A stretch of DNA of 64,000 bases, from NCBI GenBank assembly GCA_965224195.1, contig OZ245040.1, positions 1,088,001 to 1,152,000 on the forward strand, read 5' to 3'. A program made the translations under genes and the position numbers. The stretch is from Nitrosopumilus sp. (GTDB lineage Archaea > Thermoproteota > Nitrososphaeria > Nitrososphaerales > Nitrosopumilaceae). Shown here piece by piece: positions 1-10,772 of this stretch. The notes under the pieces were generated by a model, which saw only the letters and a program-made list of their open reading frames with translations, was not told the DNA's origin and made no database searches. Positions within the stretch are counted from its first letter, which is position 1; every line of letters begins with the position of its first letter.

Positions 1-407
1 TACAAATTTCTGCTTTAGCTAAAATTAGAAAAATGGAACTCAAAAGAGATGTTCCGCCAAACACCGTAGCCAAAATGATGTCCAACATGATGTATGAACG
101 AAGATACTTCCCATTGCTGACTCAGGTAATTGTTGGTGGTGTAGTTGACAAACCAATCATGTACACATTAGACCCATTAGGTTCAGTACTTCCTGATGAT
201 TATGCAGCAGTAGGAACTGGTGCAGAAATGGCATTGGGTGTTTTGGATCCTCAGTTCAAACCAAACATGAGTAGAGAAGAAGCAGTAGAGTTAGCAAAAC
301 ATGCAGTTCGTTCAGCAGCACTTAGAGATTCTGCCAGTGGTGATGGATTAGATGTACTTGTAATCACTAAAGATGGTACTGAAGAATTTACAGAAGACAT
401 TAAATAA
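1..407 (+). CDS. psmB: Proteasome beta subunit, 5'-truncated by the window edge
   Basis: ORF 33..407 carries YAAVGTG and ALRDSASGDG motifs; the frame appears open to the window start. Confidence 0.9.
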   Translation, partial: QISALAKIRKMELKRDVPPNTVAKMMSNMMYERRYFPLLTQVIVGGVVDKPIMYTLDPLGSVLPDDYAAVGTGAEMALGVLDPQFKPNMSREEAVELAKHAVRSAALRDSASGDGLDVLVITKDGTEEFTEDIK

Positions 408-431
408 AAAAATTCTTTTAAAAAAATAGTT

Positions 432-908
432 TTAATCGTAAATCGTTTTACCTGTTTCCCAGAATCTGTCTGAGATATAATGCATGTTTCTTATGATCTC
501 GCCTTTTTTCATAGTTTCTAGTTCTGAGCTACTTACCAATGATTTTCCAACTGCCAAAAACTTGTGTTGAGATTCCTCAACGATACATACTATCTTGTCT
601 TTTTCAAACTCTGTAAATTTTTTAATTCCAGGTCTCATCAAGTTTGCCCCCTTACACATGAATTTCACTGCACCCATGTCTACTGTAACTGTTGGAAATT
701 TCTCCAACATTTCAATTTCAGATAAAAATGGTAAATAATCTTCATCAACTTTTAGAATTTTTAATCCATCACCTGTGATTATTTGTGCATCATCTAAAAT
801 TTGATGGACTTTGACATTTTTTATTTTAGGAAATTCCATTCCCCATTTTTCTGAAACTGTTTTTAGCAGTGTGCTAGTTTCACTTTTAGAAATTAAATTA
901 GACTTCAA
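432..908 (-). CDS. PUA-domain RNA-binding protein (Tma20/MCT-1-like)
   Basis: VTVDMGAVKFMCKGANLMRPGI PUA motif. Confidence 0.85.
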   Translation of the reverse strand: MKSNLISKSETSTLLKTVSEKWGMEFPKIKNVKVHQILDDAQIITGDGLKILKVDEDYLPFLSEIEMLEKFPTVTVDMGAVKFMCKGANLMRPGIKKFTEFEKDKIVCIVEESQHKFLAVGKSLVSSSELETMKKGEIIRNMHYISDRFWETGKTIYD

Positions 909-1915
909 TCTCTGGCAATCTCTTGTCTGATATCTAACAAGTCTCTGAGAATTGAACTAGCTGTTTCCATGCCTCCTGCACCTTTACCGATAATTGTCTG
1001 AGTGCCTGAATGCTCAGATGTAAAAGCAATTGCATTTAATGTTCCATTTACACATAATGGATCGTCATTTGGTACTTCTTTTGGTCCCACAACAAGTTCT
1101 TTGTTACAAGACGAGATTAATTTTATTGCACAATTGTTCTTAGCTGCCTTTTTGATATCATTAACTGTAACTTTTCTAATTCCTGTACAATTGATGTCAG
1201 GTAAGGTTACTTTCATTCCCATAACCCAGTTTGCAAGAATGACTAGTTTTGCTGCAGCATCTAGTCCGTCTAAATCCAATGCCTCGTCAGCTTCGACATA
1301 TCCTTTGTCTTTTGCATCTTTGAGTGCCCCTTCGTAGGTTTCACCTGTTCCCATATTTGTTAAAATGTAATTTGTGGTTCCATTTAGAATTCCTGCAAAT
1401 GATGTAATTCTTTCACCACTAAGGCTATTTTTAGCATAATCTAGAATTGGAGTTCCGCCACCTACTGTCCCGCTAAATTTGAACATTACCTGGTTGTATA
1501 TTGCAAGTTCTAGAAGCGATGGGAATGCCAAGGCCAGTGGTCCTTTATTTACTGATATAACGTGCATACCTTTTTTCATGGCAGTAGTTATGTGAGTCAT
1601 TCCAGGCTCTGCATCTTTGTAATTACTTGCAGTGGTCTCAATGAGAACATCTGCTTCTACATTTTTTAACATGTCGATTCCTGACATTGAATTTTTGGAA
1701 TCTGCATAATTTTTTACAGTTCCAAACTTTTTCTTTGTCTCGATTAGTTTATTGAAATTTAATCCTGATGGGTTTACTGCACTTCCTTTACTATCAAAGA
1801 CTCCTACAACTCTAGGTTTTAACCCATATTTTGCATATAGATCATCTGCTCTTGATTCAAATAATTTTACCAAGCTTTGACCTACAACCCCAAAACCGCA
1901 TAACATGATTCTCAA
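905..1915 (-). CDS. hom: Homoserine dehydrogenase
   Basis: GFGVVG Rossmann fold, NKGPLA, GILNGTTNYIL, GKGAGGMETA. Confidence 0.95.
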   Translation of the reverse strand: MRIMLCGFGVVGQSLVKLFESRADDLYAKYGLKPRVVGVFDSKGSAVNPSGLNFNKLIETKKKFGTVKNYADSKNSMSGIDMLKNVEADVLIETTASNYKDAEPGMTHITTAMKKGMHVISVNKGPLALAFPSLLELAIYNQVMFKFSGTVGGGTPILDYAKNSLSGERITSFAGILNGTTNYILTNMGTGETYEGALKDAKDKGYVEADEALDLDGLDAAAKLVILANWVMGMKVTLPDINCTGIRKVTVNDIKKAAKNNCAIKLISSCNKELVVGPKEVPNDDPLCVNGTLNAIAFTSEHSGTQTIIGKGAGGMETASSILRDLLDIRQEIARD

Positions 1916-2240
1916 ATCATTTTTTTCCTTTTTGTTTGGTTTTTGCAGTTCATAATATTCTTCTTGATTTTATTATCCTTAATTGTGTATAATACACCAT
2001 GTTTCGTCCTATTTTCTAACGGTGTTTGTATCATAGGATGATTCACCTTTTTGGTTTCATAAATATTCCTAGTCAAAATTCCTGTGTTTTTGATCAATTC
2101 TGAGGTTGAAATAGAGTTTAGAATCTAATTTCTGATAAAAACCAATGACGGGATTTAGTCAAAAAGTTTCAAGCCTATTCTGAAACGATTGATTTTAGTT
2201 TATTCACAAAATCAAAATTATTTCTGTAGATGGTCTTTTT

Positions 2241-3319
2241 TTATTCTTTCACATAACTCTCTGTTTTTAGCTCTTTTCCTGATTCTAACCTAATCGTATA
2301 TGCACTTAGTTTACTTTCAAAAATTGCCAGTACTGGCTCTTTAGTCTGCTTGATAGTTATCACTATGCATTCTTTTTGATCCTTTTTCTCATTCTCTAAG
2401 GAAATTTGTTGAAGAATAACATAACTGGGATCATATTCTGTAAATTTGTTAATCATAGTTCTTAACGATTGCATTCTATCCTCTAAATCTTCAACACCTA
2501 CAATTTCTCTAGTTCTATCGGTAATGCCTATGATGATAATACCATCATTTGAATTGGCATAACTGACAATATGCTGTGCAAATTCAAATTGTTTGATGTT
2601 TTTTGCCCCTGCTCCTTTTATACTCCAAAAATCTAATGTTTTTTTAAAATCCCACAAATTGTTTTCTACTATGCTTTGTTTTCTAACATAATTGATCACT
2701 TTTTTAAAAATTATATGTCTAAAAATTTATTCTGCTCTTGAATTTTTTTAATATCCAAAATTATTAGATTTACCGAGTCTCTAATTTTATGACAATATTC
2801 TTCAAAATCATGCATGATTTCATTTTCAGCTCTTGTAAACAGATACTTTTTACCTATTACTGGATGGCCAAGAAACGTCTCAGTAATCGTGCAGCTGTTC
2901 CCAGCTGCATACAAAGCAGGTGTAGAAGAAGCAATCGCCAACAAGAAACGTCTCAGTAATCGTGCATCTGTTCCCAGCTTGTAAACAGATACTTTTTACT
3001 TATTACTGGATGGCTTTCAGGATCTAATGGATCAAAAGCATCTAAATGCAATTCATGATAAATTCTACCTACTTGGTAACCTCCATACATTACAAAACCT
3101 AATGCAATTTCAGCGTAATGCTTGATTGAAGATTCACTGTCCGCTATTATTCTGGCAGTGGTTGATGGAAATCTTTCAGAACGTCTACTTGTACCCCATC
3201 CTTTATATGAAAATAAAATTGTAGGCACATCTTCATCTTTTTGTTTTAACTATTCGGTATATTCTAATAATTCAGTAATTTCTTTGTCATTCTTATCTGC
3301 AAATTTTTTTATTTTTTGA
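2241..3319 (-). pseudogene. Fragmented gene with C-terminal AlbA_2/Schlafen-like domain
   Basis: 2241..2699 has WDFK...SYANSNDGIIIIGITD; fragments 2711..2944 and 2953..3228 overlap in HPVI(S/G)KKYLFT and fuse if the 146-bp insertion is removed; 5' end abuts an IS remnant. Confidence 0.6.
2832..3014. repeat. Nested direct repeats A-B-X-B'-A' with 73-bp period
   Basis: A 2832-2868 / A' 2978-3014 (37 bp, 1 mismatch); B 2869-2906 / B' 2942-2979 (38 bp, 1 mismatch); X 2907-2941 (35 bp, unique). Confidence 0.9.
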
Positions 3320-3551
3320 ATGATCTATCCATTGATCACAGCAAAATGTTTGGAAAAGGAGATGTGTACATTAATGGGATTGAAGGTTTTTAGAGTTTTG
3401 TCAAACAGAACATGGCAAAGCATCATGGGGTGAATCCGGGAAAGTTCTTGTTGTACATCAAGGAGATGGAATGCAGATACAACAGTAGAGATGTAGATAC
3501 TTTCTCATTATTGCTTGATTATTGCCTTGGTGATGAATAATTGAGTCACCC
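3320..3551 (+). mobile_element. IS1595-family transposase 3' remnant
   Basis: Translates to SIDHSKMFGKGDVYINGIEGF*...KHHG...YIKEMECRYN, homologous to the IS at 60296-61201. Confidence 0.8.
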
Positions 3552-3776
3552 ATTATTTTTTGTCGCATTGTTTGTAAATTGGCTCAAAGAATGGTAACGG
3601 CAAATGTATGACATTAAGATATTTAATTATTTGATCATGTCTCAAGATATTTTGTTTTTTGATTGTGACTTTATTCATTATAGAATGATCAAAATACAAA
3701 AAACCAGAAGATGTCGTTATAATTTGCACATATCCTAAAACTCTCAACACTCTGACAAAATGATGCCAGCCTATTT

Positions 3777-3980
3777 TCAGATAAACACCACCTTGTGCAT
3801 AATATCTTTTGTAAAAAATTCGGATTTGGATTCTGGAAAGGCCTCTACATATCCGGCAATAATTTTATCCAATTCTGATTTTATCTCCTGTTTGTTTTTT
3901 CCAACAACAATTATCTCTGGTTTGTCGTAGCATTGAGCTAGCAATCCCTGCTCACTTTTTACCAGTTTTACTTGCAAATT
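3777..3980 (-). CDS. HicB-like small protein (true start uncertain)
   Basis: VKLVKSEQGLLAQCYDKPEIIVVGKNKQEIKSEL resembles the HicB N-terminal fold pattern; C-terminal part of ORF 3777..4088. Confidence 0.4.
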   Translation of the reverse strand, partial: NLQVKLVKSEQGLLAQCYDKPEIIVVGKNKQEIKSELDKIIAGYVEAFPESKSEFFTKDIMHKVVFI

Positions 3981-4449
3981 ACCCAAGATATAGGTATAAT
4001 AAATATGATATATATAAAATGTTATTATCCGGATTGATGCTGTCCTGCATACCACACTCCTTGTATCTGAGGATTTTGGAATGTGCAAGCATTACTTTTA
4101 CTTCTTTTGTAGTATATGCTCGCAAGCTAGGTGTCTTTTGCCTCTGTGGTAACATCTTGTAGATTATTTCCCAATTAAGATGAACTCGATTCATCACAAA
4201 GAAGTGTTTTATTCCTCCAAGCTTTGACGGTATGGAGTTAGGGTTTGCAGTCTGCCTCAAATACAGAACATAGTTTTCAAGCATTATCTGTAGATCATTG
4301 ATGAAAATTTCCAATAACTTCTTTTCATTAAATAATCCTGTGAATTTTCTGAATTGAGTAAGGTTTGATGTATAATTCTTTTTGGTATGCTTTGACTTGA
4401 TTGATTCTTCAAACAAGATCATGCTTCTTTGTTTTGTAAGCAATGTCAA
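3979..4449 (-). pseudogene. Tyrosine recombinase, N-terminal fragment lacking the catalytic domain
   Basis: Paralog of 14288..15217 (LTKQRS..LFEESIKSK, ..NPNSIPSK..GIKHF, LRAYTTKEVK), then similarity is lost. Confidence 0.85.
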
Positions 4450-4677
4450 ACATTACATTCTTGTAATCCTTGGCAAAATTTTCTTTGCTTATGTTTGCAT
4501 ATAGCAATATAGAATATGGAGTTTTAATCCTCAATCTCTTGTTTTCTGCTGGTACCACCGTAACGATATTTTCATTTCTTAGTGTCAGATGATTCCTTTC
4601 TTTTAAGTCATGGTGAATCTTTGTTTTTGCAGGTATCTTATCATCTGGTTGCCTGATATTCTTGGAAACTTTGACAT
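4447..4677 (-). pseudogene. hicA: HicA toxin pseudogene
   Basis: MSKFPRISGNQMIRYLQKQRF, then stop/frameshift; paralog of 15310..15546. Confidence 0.75.
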
Positions 4678-4889
4678 TATTGTTTGATAATAAGCATGTT
4701 AAATTCAGTTAAATTTCCACTCTCTTCGGCTGCAAGCTCTACTGCTTCCTTTATATTTTCCATCATATCTCCGAATGTATCGCTTTCTGATACTGCATGT
4801 AGTTCGTCACATCTGCCAACAAATCCGCCATCTTCAAGATCCTTGGTTATTACTACTGTGTAGGTCTTTTTTTGTAGGGTTGTACTCGT
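4677..4889 (-). pseudogene. hicB: HicB antitoxin with start codon mutated to ACG
   Basis: Open frame STTLQKKTYTVVITKDLEDGGFVGRCDELHAVSESDTFGDMMENIKEAVEL; paralog of 15546..15752. Confidence 0.75.
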
Positions 4890-6175
4890 AACGTAGATAG
4901 TCTCAAAAGCGTTAAAAATATTGCTAGTCTTATGCGTATTTTTGTAAGTAAAAAGAGATTATTGATTGCATCAACTCCTGACAGGATTGACGCAATCTTT
5001 TGCTGTTCCTTAATGTTTTTTGTATATGGTAGTTTTGTATTGGCAATTTCATCTTGATTTATTGCATCATAAGTAGTTCCTTGTGAATAAACTAAAAATC
5101 TTTTTTTACTGTGATTGACAAGGTAGTAACAATATAATAGATCGCATTCTATTGGATTTAACGCTGCTACTCCTCTACCTAAGCAACATTTCTTTCTTGT
5201 TAAGTTAATTTCTCCAACAGGAGCCCTTACAGAAAATAGAATCGAATTATCATTTGTAGTTTTTTTAGGATCAGTACACCAAATCATTGGATTTGGATAT
5301 GTTGCTCCAAAATCTGTTACTCCTTGATAGAATGGCAATCCTTTTTCTTCTTTATTATAACTTTCAGATGGTGGAGATTGACCCATTGTAATTTGTAGTA
5401 TCTTTGCAGTAGGTTTGATCTCCCATTCTTCTGGAATCTCATCATATTTTCCAAATAATCCCCTTACCCTCTTGAATTTTTTATGCCCTATCCCCCTGGT
5501 CAGAAGCTCCTGCATTAGACCTTTCTTCAATAGCTCAGCTTTGTTTACAACTTCTTGTGTACATTCAATTAATGCGTCAACTCTAGAGAGGATTGACGCA
5601 ATCTTTTGCTGTTCATGAATTAGAGGCAAGAGAATCAAAATTTGTTTTAGGTTTTTTTTGGATAGTCCATAAACTGAAACTCCTGTAACTCTTGCAATAA
5701 TTTGTTTCGTGACAAAATTCATTGATGTCAGATATGCTCGAAAATCAACCGAAGTATTCCCTTTTACATCTCGGATTGCAATCGTATGTAACCCTGAGAC
5801 TAGTTTCTTTCCATCAACATTTTTCAACAATATGCTTGTGCCAGAACCTTCATGATCCTCTGATGCATCTGCTATGACAAGGTCTCCTTCTTTTAACAAC
5901 GAGATATTTTTTACTTTAATTTTATCAATGAAGGGAATTTCTTCATTTTTGCAATCAAGAAAAATTTTCCATTTTGTATGCATGTCTCCATAATGGATAT
6001 AGTTCACATCACCTTTGTCTTCAAGATCGTTACGTGAGTTTGTAGCTGTGGAAAGGAATTCAAACACTTCCTCAAATGTTTTGGTCTTCCAATCTTCAGG
6101 AATCTCTATCTCTTTTCCAAACAACCATTTAACAAGCTTGTATCCTTTTTGCGGTGGCGTGCAACCATCCTTCAA
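4853..6175 (-). CDS. hsdS: Type I R-M specificity subunit, allele 1 (TRD1a+TRD2a); conserved C-terminal helix replaced by a read-through tail
   Basis: Two IPE(D/E)W...EQQKIASILS units; after SGVDA the sequence departs from the canonical tail seen in 12766..14013. Confidence 0.9.
   Translation of the reverse strand: MKDGCTPPQKGYKLVKWLFGKEIEIPEDWKTKTFEEVFEFLSTATNSRNDLEDKGDVNYIHYGDMHTKWKIFLDCKNEEIPFIDKIKVKNISLLKEGDLVIADASEDHEGSGTSILLKNVDGKKLVSGLHTIAIRDVKGNTSVDFRAYLTSMNFVTKQIIARVTGVSVYGLSKKNLKQILILLPLIHEQQKIASILSRVDALIECTQEVVNKAELLKKGLMQELLTRGIGHKKFKRVRGLFGKYDEIPEEWEIKPTAKILQITMGQSPPSESYNKEEKGLPFYQGVTDFGATYPNPMIWCTDPKKTTNDNSILFSVRAPVGEINLTRKKCCLGRGVAALNPIECDLLYCYYLVNHSKKRFLVYSQGTTYDAINQDEIANTKLPYTKNIKEQQKIASILSGVDAINNLFLLTKIRIRLAIFLTLLRLSTLRVQPYKKRPTQ
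4965..5008 (-). repeat. Palindromic hsdS site S1 (38-bp inverted repeat of S4)
   Basis: 4971-5008 is the exact reverse complement of 13870-13907. Confidence 0.9.
5418..5614 (-). repeat. Long inverted repeat, left copy (contains site S2)
   Basis: 5448-5614 is the exact reverse complement of 13234-13400 (167 bp); 5418-5440 matches 13408-13430. Confidence 0.95.
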
Positions 6176-6278
6176 TGTCTGATTTCAAATGTTATTCCAT
6201 ATTAAGGCATAAACCATCATTTACAAACCCCGATAAATACAATACATTAAAAAACTCTGAAACACATATCAGTCTAAA

Positions 6279-9200
6279 ATGAATTTTGATGTAGGCAAAG
6301 GTCCTGAAGCAACAGAATCAGAACTTCCAGCACTAGAGCAGCTAGTTGCAATGGGATACCAATACATCACACAGTCAGAACTCAACAAAACACGTACAGA
6401 TTATCGTGATGTATTACTCTATGATAGACTTGAGCAAGCAATTAGACGCTTAAATCCTGATTTTGATGATGATGGGATTCATGATGCAGTAGCTCAAATC
6501 GGTGAGGATAGATTCCCTTACAATTTAGATCCTGTTGAAACAAATGAGAAAATCAGGGCAAAACTAATCGGACTATCAAAGTCTGGTGGATTAGAACCCG
6601 TTGTTGTAACTCAAAATTTTGGTGAAGGGCCAGTTCAAAAGGTGGCAAAAATATTTGATCTTGATAATCCACAAAACAATGACTTTGTAGTAACAAACCA
6701 ATTCCAACTAGAAGGATTAAAGAATCCAATCTTTCCCGATGTAACAATTTTTGTAAATGGCATCCCTCTAGTTCAAATTGAATGCAAATCCCCTGCAATA
6801 CCTGACCCAATTGGTGAGGCAGTGGATAGAAAAAATTTCTACAAGTATCAGCAAAGAGGTAACGGGTATGAAAAACTATTTTTCTACAATCACTGTCTAA
6901 TTGCAGCTTGTGGAACTTTGGCTAGAGTTGGAACACTAAATTCTAATTTAAACTATTATTCTAGATGGGCAAAGCCATATCCGTTATCTGTAGATGATGT
7001 AAAACAACTATGCAATGGCAAGGCAAGAGAGCAAGAAATTCTCATTGCAGGATTACTTGCAAAAGAAAATCTGCTAAACCACATGCAAAATTTTGTACTC
7101 TATGATACAATTAACCACAATCGTGTCAAAATGATTGCAAAACATCAGCAATACAAAGCAGTATCTGAATGTGTGAATCGTTTAAAATTAGGCGAGGACA
7201 TCAAAGACAAGGGCGGAATCATTTGGCACACACAAGGTTCAGGTAAATCATTTTCCATGTTATGGTTTGCATCGCAGCTAATGTACAAGTTTGGCAATCC
7301 TCCAATAATGATAGTTACAGACAGAAAACAACTAGACAAACAAATTCATGACACTTTTAAAAAATGTGGATTTCCCAGTCCAATTAGAGCAAAAAATGGG
7401 AAGCACTTGGCAGAACTATTGAAAAACCCTAAAGGCAAAACCATCATGGCAATTATTGACAAGTTTGCAACAGAGCATGGGGCACATACTGATGAGAAGG
7501 TAATATGCCTAGTTGATGAGGCACACAGAAGTCAGTACAAGATAAATGCCGAACAAATGCGAGTATCCATGCCTAATGCCGTGTTTTATGGCTTTACAGG
7601 CACGCCAATTGACAAAAATGACAAGAGTACACCTCGTGTCTTTGGACCAATCATTGACAAGTATGGATTCCGAGAATCCCAAGAAGATGGTGCAACATTG
7701 CCAATCAGGTATCATGGAAGACTATCTGAATTGTTTGTTGAAGGCGGAGAAACAATTGATGAACTCTTTGAGCGAATTATTGGCAGTGATCCTACAGTAA
7801 ATGAAGAACTCAAAGACAAACTCAAAAAACAATGTGCCACAAAGGGAAAGATTGCAGAAGCTCCATCAAGAATCAAACGAATATCCTTGGATTTAGTCAA
7901 ACATTACACTACTCACATTGAACCAAACGGATACAAGGCAATGCTTGTTGCACCATCAAGGGAAGCCGCTGTACTTTACAAAAAAAATTTAGATGAACTA
8001 AACGCGCCACCATCAAAAATTATCATGACTTCTGATTTGGGTGAGAAAGGAAAAGATGAGCAAAGTTGGGATGAATATCGCCTCTCCTCTGAACAAAGAG
8101 AACAAGAAGCAGAACTATTCAAGAGTGCAGATAATCCGACCAAGATCCTAATTGTAGTTGACATGTTGCTTGTAGGATATGATGCACCAATTTGTCAGGT
8201 ATTATATCTTGATAAGGGAATTAGAGAACACAGCTTACTTCAAGCAATTGCCAGAGTAAACAGACCGCATGATGAACCAAAGACACATGGATTAATTGTA
8301 GATTATTCAGGTGTCACCAAAGAATTACAAACAGCACTTGAAATGTTTGAGAAAGATGACATTGAAGGGGCATTGGATCCACTAAATGAATTTCTACAGT
8401 TACTAAAAGATAGACATGCTGATGCAATTGTCTTTTTCAAAGGTATTGACAGAGAAGACAATGATGCAATCATAGAATACTTTGAACCATTAGATCTACG
8501 TGATGAGTTTGAGCAAGCATTCAAGCTGTTTTCAAGGGCATTGGATTCTGTAATGCCTGATAAAGAAGCAGACCCATACATTGAGGATTTCAAGTTCCTA
8601 AGTAAGGCAAGGCAGATAATTCGCACCTATTATGAGGGTGTCAAGCCCAGTACACGCCCATATGCCAAAAAAATCCAGAAATTAATCGATGATCATATTC
8701 GTTCACTATGTATTTCTGAATTAATTAATCCAATGGAGATTACATATGAGAATTTCTTGGCCTTTGTCAAAAAGAAGGTAAAAAGTGAGAAAGCACAAGC
8801 TGCCTTGATCAAAAACAAGGCAATCCAGGTAATTGAAGAACTAAGGGGGAACAATCCTGCATATTATGAGAAACTCTGGGAGAGACTACAAAAAATTATT
8901 GAAGAGGAAGAAAAAAGACGCAGAGAAAATGCACAATACTTTATACATCAAGAAGTATATGCAGAAGTCTATGACAAAGCACTAGCAGAAGAAAAAGAAA
9001 GGCAAAAAGTATTCGGTGATTATGAAGCAACCCAATTTGAATTTGCATTGTATGGAGAATTTAATGAAATAAAAGGCAGTCGTGAGGAATCAATTGAATT
9101 AACAAAAAAGATTCACTCTCAATTGGTTAAAGAAACTGAAATTGTCGGATGGAGAACAAAAAACAGTGTTGAGAAAAACATGAAGACTATACTATATGAT

Positions 9201-9284
9201 ACACTTAGTGTTGCAGGATTTGAAGATGAAAAACTCTCCAAACTTTCAGAGAAGATACTAACATTGGCAAAGAACAGATTATGA
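6279..9284 (+). CDS. hsdR: Type I restriction endonuclease subunit R
   Basis: PD..FVNGIPLVQIECK nuclease motif, HTQGSGKS, DEAH, QAIARVNR. Confidence 0.97.
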   Translation: MNFDVGKGPEATESELPALEQLVAMGYQYITQSELNKTRTDYRDVLLYDRLEQAIRRLNPDFDDDGIHDAVAQIGEDRFPYNLDPVETNEKIRAKLIGLSKSGGLEPVVVTQNFGEGPVQKVAKIFDLDNPQNNDFVVTNQFQLEGLKNPIFPDVTIFVNGIPLVQIECKSPAIPDPIGEAVDRKNFYKYQQRGNGYEKLFFYNHCLIAACGTLARVGTLNSNLNYYSRWAKPYPLSVDDVKQLCNGKAREQEILIAGLLAKENLLNHMQNFVLYDTINHNRVKMIAKHQQYKAVSECVNRLKLGEDIKDKGGIIWHTQGSGKSFSMLWFASQLMYKFGNPPIMIVTDRKQLDKQIHDTFKKCGFPSPIRAKNGKHLAELLKNPKGKTIMAIIDKFATEHGAHTDEKVICLVDEAHRSQYKINAEQMRVSMPNAVFYGFTGTPIDKNDKSTPRVFGPIIDKYGFRESQEDGATLPIRYHGRLSELFVEGGETIDELFERIIGSDPTVNEELKDKLKKQCATKGKIAEAPSRIKRISLDLVKHYTTHIEPNGYKAMLVAPSREAAVLYKKNLDELNAPPSKIIMTSDLGEKGKDEQSWDEYRLSSEQREQEAELFKSADNPTKILIVVDMLLVGYDAPICQVLYLDKGIREHSLLQAIARVNRPHDEPKTHGLIVDYSGVTKELQTALEMFEKDDIEGALDPLNEFLQLLKDRHADAIVFFKGIDREDNDAIIEYFEPLDLRDEFEQAFKLFSRALDSVMPDKEADPYIEDFKFLSKARQIIRTYYEGVKPSTRPYAKKIQKLIDDHIRSLCISELINPMEITYENFLAFVKKKVKSEKAQAALIKNKAIQVIEELRGNNPAYYEKLWERLQKIIEEEEKRRRENAQYFIHQEVYAEVYDKALAEEKERQKVFGDYEATQFEFALYGEFNEIKGSREESIELTKKIHSQLVKETEIVGWRTKNSVEKNMKTILYDTLSVAGFEDEKLSKLSEKILTLAKNRL

Positions 9285-9823
9285 TCAGTAAACTTCGCTA
9301 TGGCAATAGTGTCATAGAATACCAAATTATTAAAAGTAAGAGAAGAAAGACTTCGGAAATTAGAGTGGATGAAAACGGAGTAGAGATTCATACTCCAATT
9401 ACAAAAAAAGATTCAGAGATTCAAGAGATTGTTAACACCAAAAAACAATGGATATTCAAAAAACAATTAGAGTTTACAGACAGAAATAAAAGACAATTCA
9501 AAACTACAACAAAAACTCTTGAATATCTTGAGAAAAGATCTTGGAAGCTGGCAGAGAAGATTGGTGTTAAACCAAAGAAGATAGTAGTAAAAAATCTCAA
9601 ATCAAGATGGGGAAGTGCTGGAAAAACAGGAACAATTACGCTTAATCAGGCGTTAACCAGAATGCCTCCGAGAATAATCGACTATGTGATAATTCATGAA
9701 TTATGTCATTTGAAAATTAAAGGACATTCAAGTAGATTTTGGAGTATTCTTTACTCATACAACAAAGACTATCAAAAAAACATTCTCTGGTTAGAAAATA
9801 ATTTCAAGGATTTGTTGGGATGA
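9281..9823 (+). CDS. M48/YgjP (DUF45) zinc metallopeptidase commonly linked to hsdR
   Basis: KSRWGS, DYVIIHELCHL..GHS. Confidence 0.9.
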   Translation: MISKLRYGNSVIEYQIIKSKRRKTSEIRVDENGVEIHTPITKKDSEIQEIVNTKKQWIFKKQLEFTDRNKRQFKTTTKTLEYLEKRSWKLAEKIGVKPKKIVVKNLKSRWGSAGKTGTITLNQALTRMPPRIIDYVIIHELCHLKIKGHSSRFWSILYSYNKDYQKNILWLENNFKDLLG

Positions 9824-9929
9824 CAAATGACTTGCAATTACTCAAAATAGGAATAAAAATGGGAGCCCACATTTGACATAACCAAAAATAAAAACAGAAT
9901 ATTTTATAAATTAATTATGGTGTTATAGA

Positions 9930-10695
9930 AGTATGTTGGAATTAAAACGTGTTCAGCATATCTTTATTGAATGCTATTCTGAACCTATTGATACCATTGA
10001 AACATGGAACAGAGCTTGTCATACAATTGCAATTAAGAATGATTCCGCATTTTACAACACTACAAAAGGTAGTAGCTCGAATCAGTCAAGAAATATTACA
10101 CACTGCAATTGGCAGATTCATTGGAATGGTATCACCTGGAAAAATATTTGCAGGAATCGATGGTACATGATTTGAGAGAAGACACGCCATACTGCAGATG
10201 TAATCTCAGGCATGCATTTACAAAATGCTCAACAGGATCTGGTATGAAATTGCAGTTGATTTGTGCAGTTGTAATCCAACATAATCCCATATCTCATGAC
10301 ACAAAGCATTTCCCAAAACTGTTTTCTAAAATGCTTGATGTTGTTGCAATGTGGATTATAGTGCTGGACAAGTAATACGATGCAGAACCAATACGCAAGA
10401 TGATCAAAGATGAGAATGGCTTATCTTTGATTCCTGTAAGAAACAAAGATTGTCTGATTAGCAGAACAAAAGGAAGATTACAGAAAACAGATGAGAAGAG
10501 AATTTGATTATTCATATACCATGAGAGAAATAAAACTGGAACGATATTTTCTGTAATTAAGAGAAGGTTTGATTCTGAAATCAAATCGTACAATGATGCC
10601 ATGAAAACAAAAGAGCTGTTGTATCGTGTCTTGGCTTGCAATTGTCATAGGATGCGTTTGATTTCTCTAGTTTGTATGATGATTTCTAGGAAGTC
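9930..10695 (+). mobile_element. Decayed IS5-like DDE element
   Basis: IPHFTTLQK and AGIDGT fragments; 3' part homologous to 18598..19116; right end TGATTTCTAGGAAGTC at 10680-10695. Confidence 0.75.
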
Positions 10696-10772
10696 TTTTA
10701 TCTTAAATACAACTGACTCATCTAGCATCATCAGAATCCATATAACCCTGAATAATAGGTATCATTACAGAT

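Noticed and set aside
2869-2979. Bona fide CRISPR array
   Set aside because: Only two repeat copies, no leader or cas genes, and the outer 'spacers' are duplicated host gene sequence; kept only as an insertion scar
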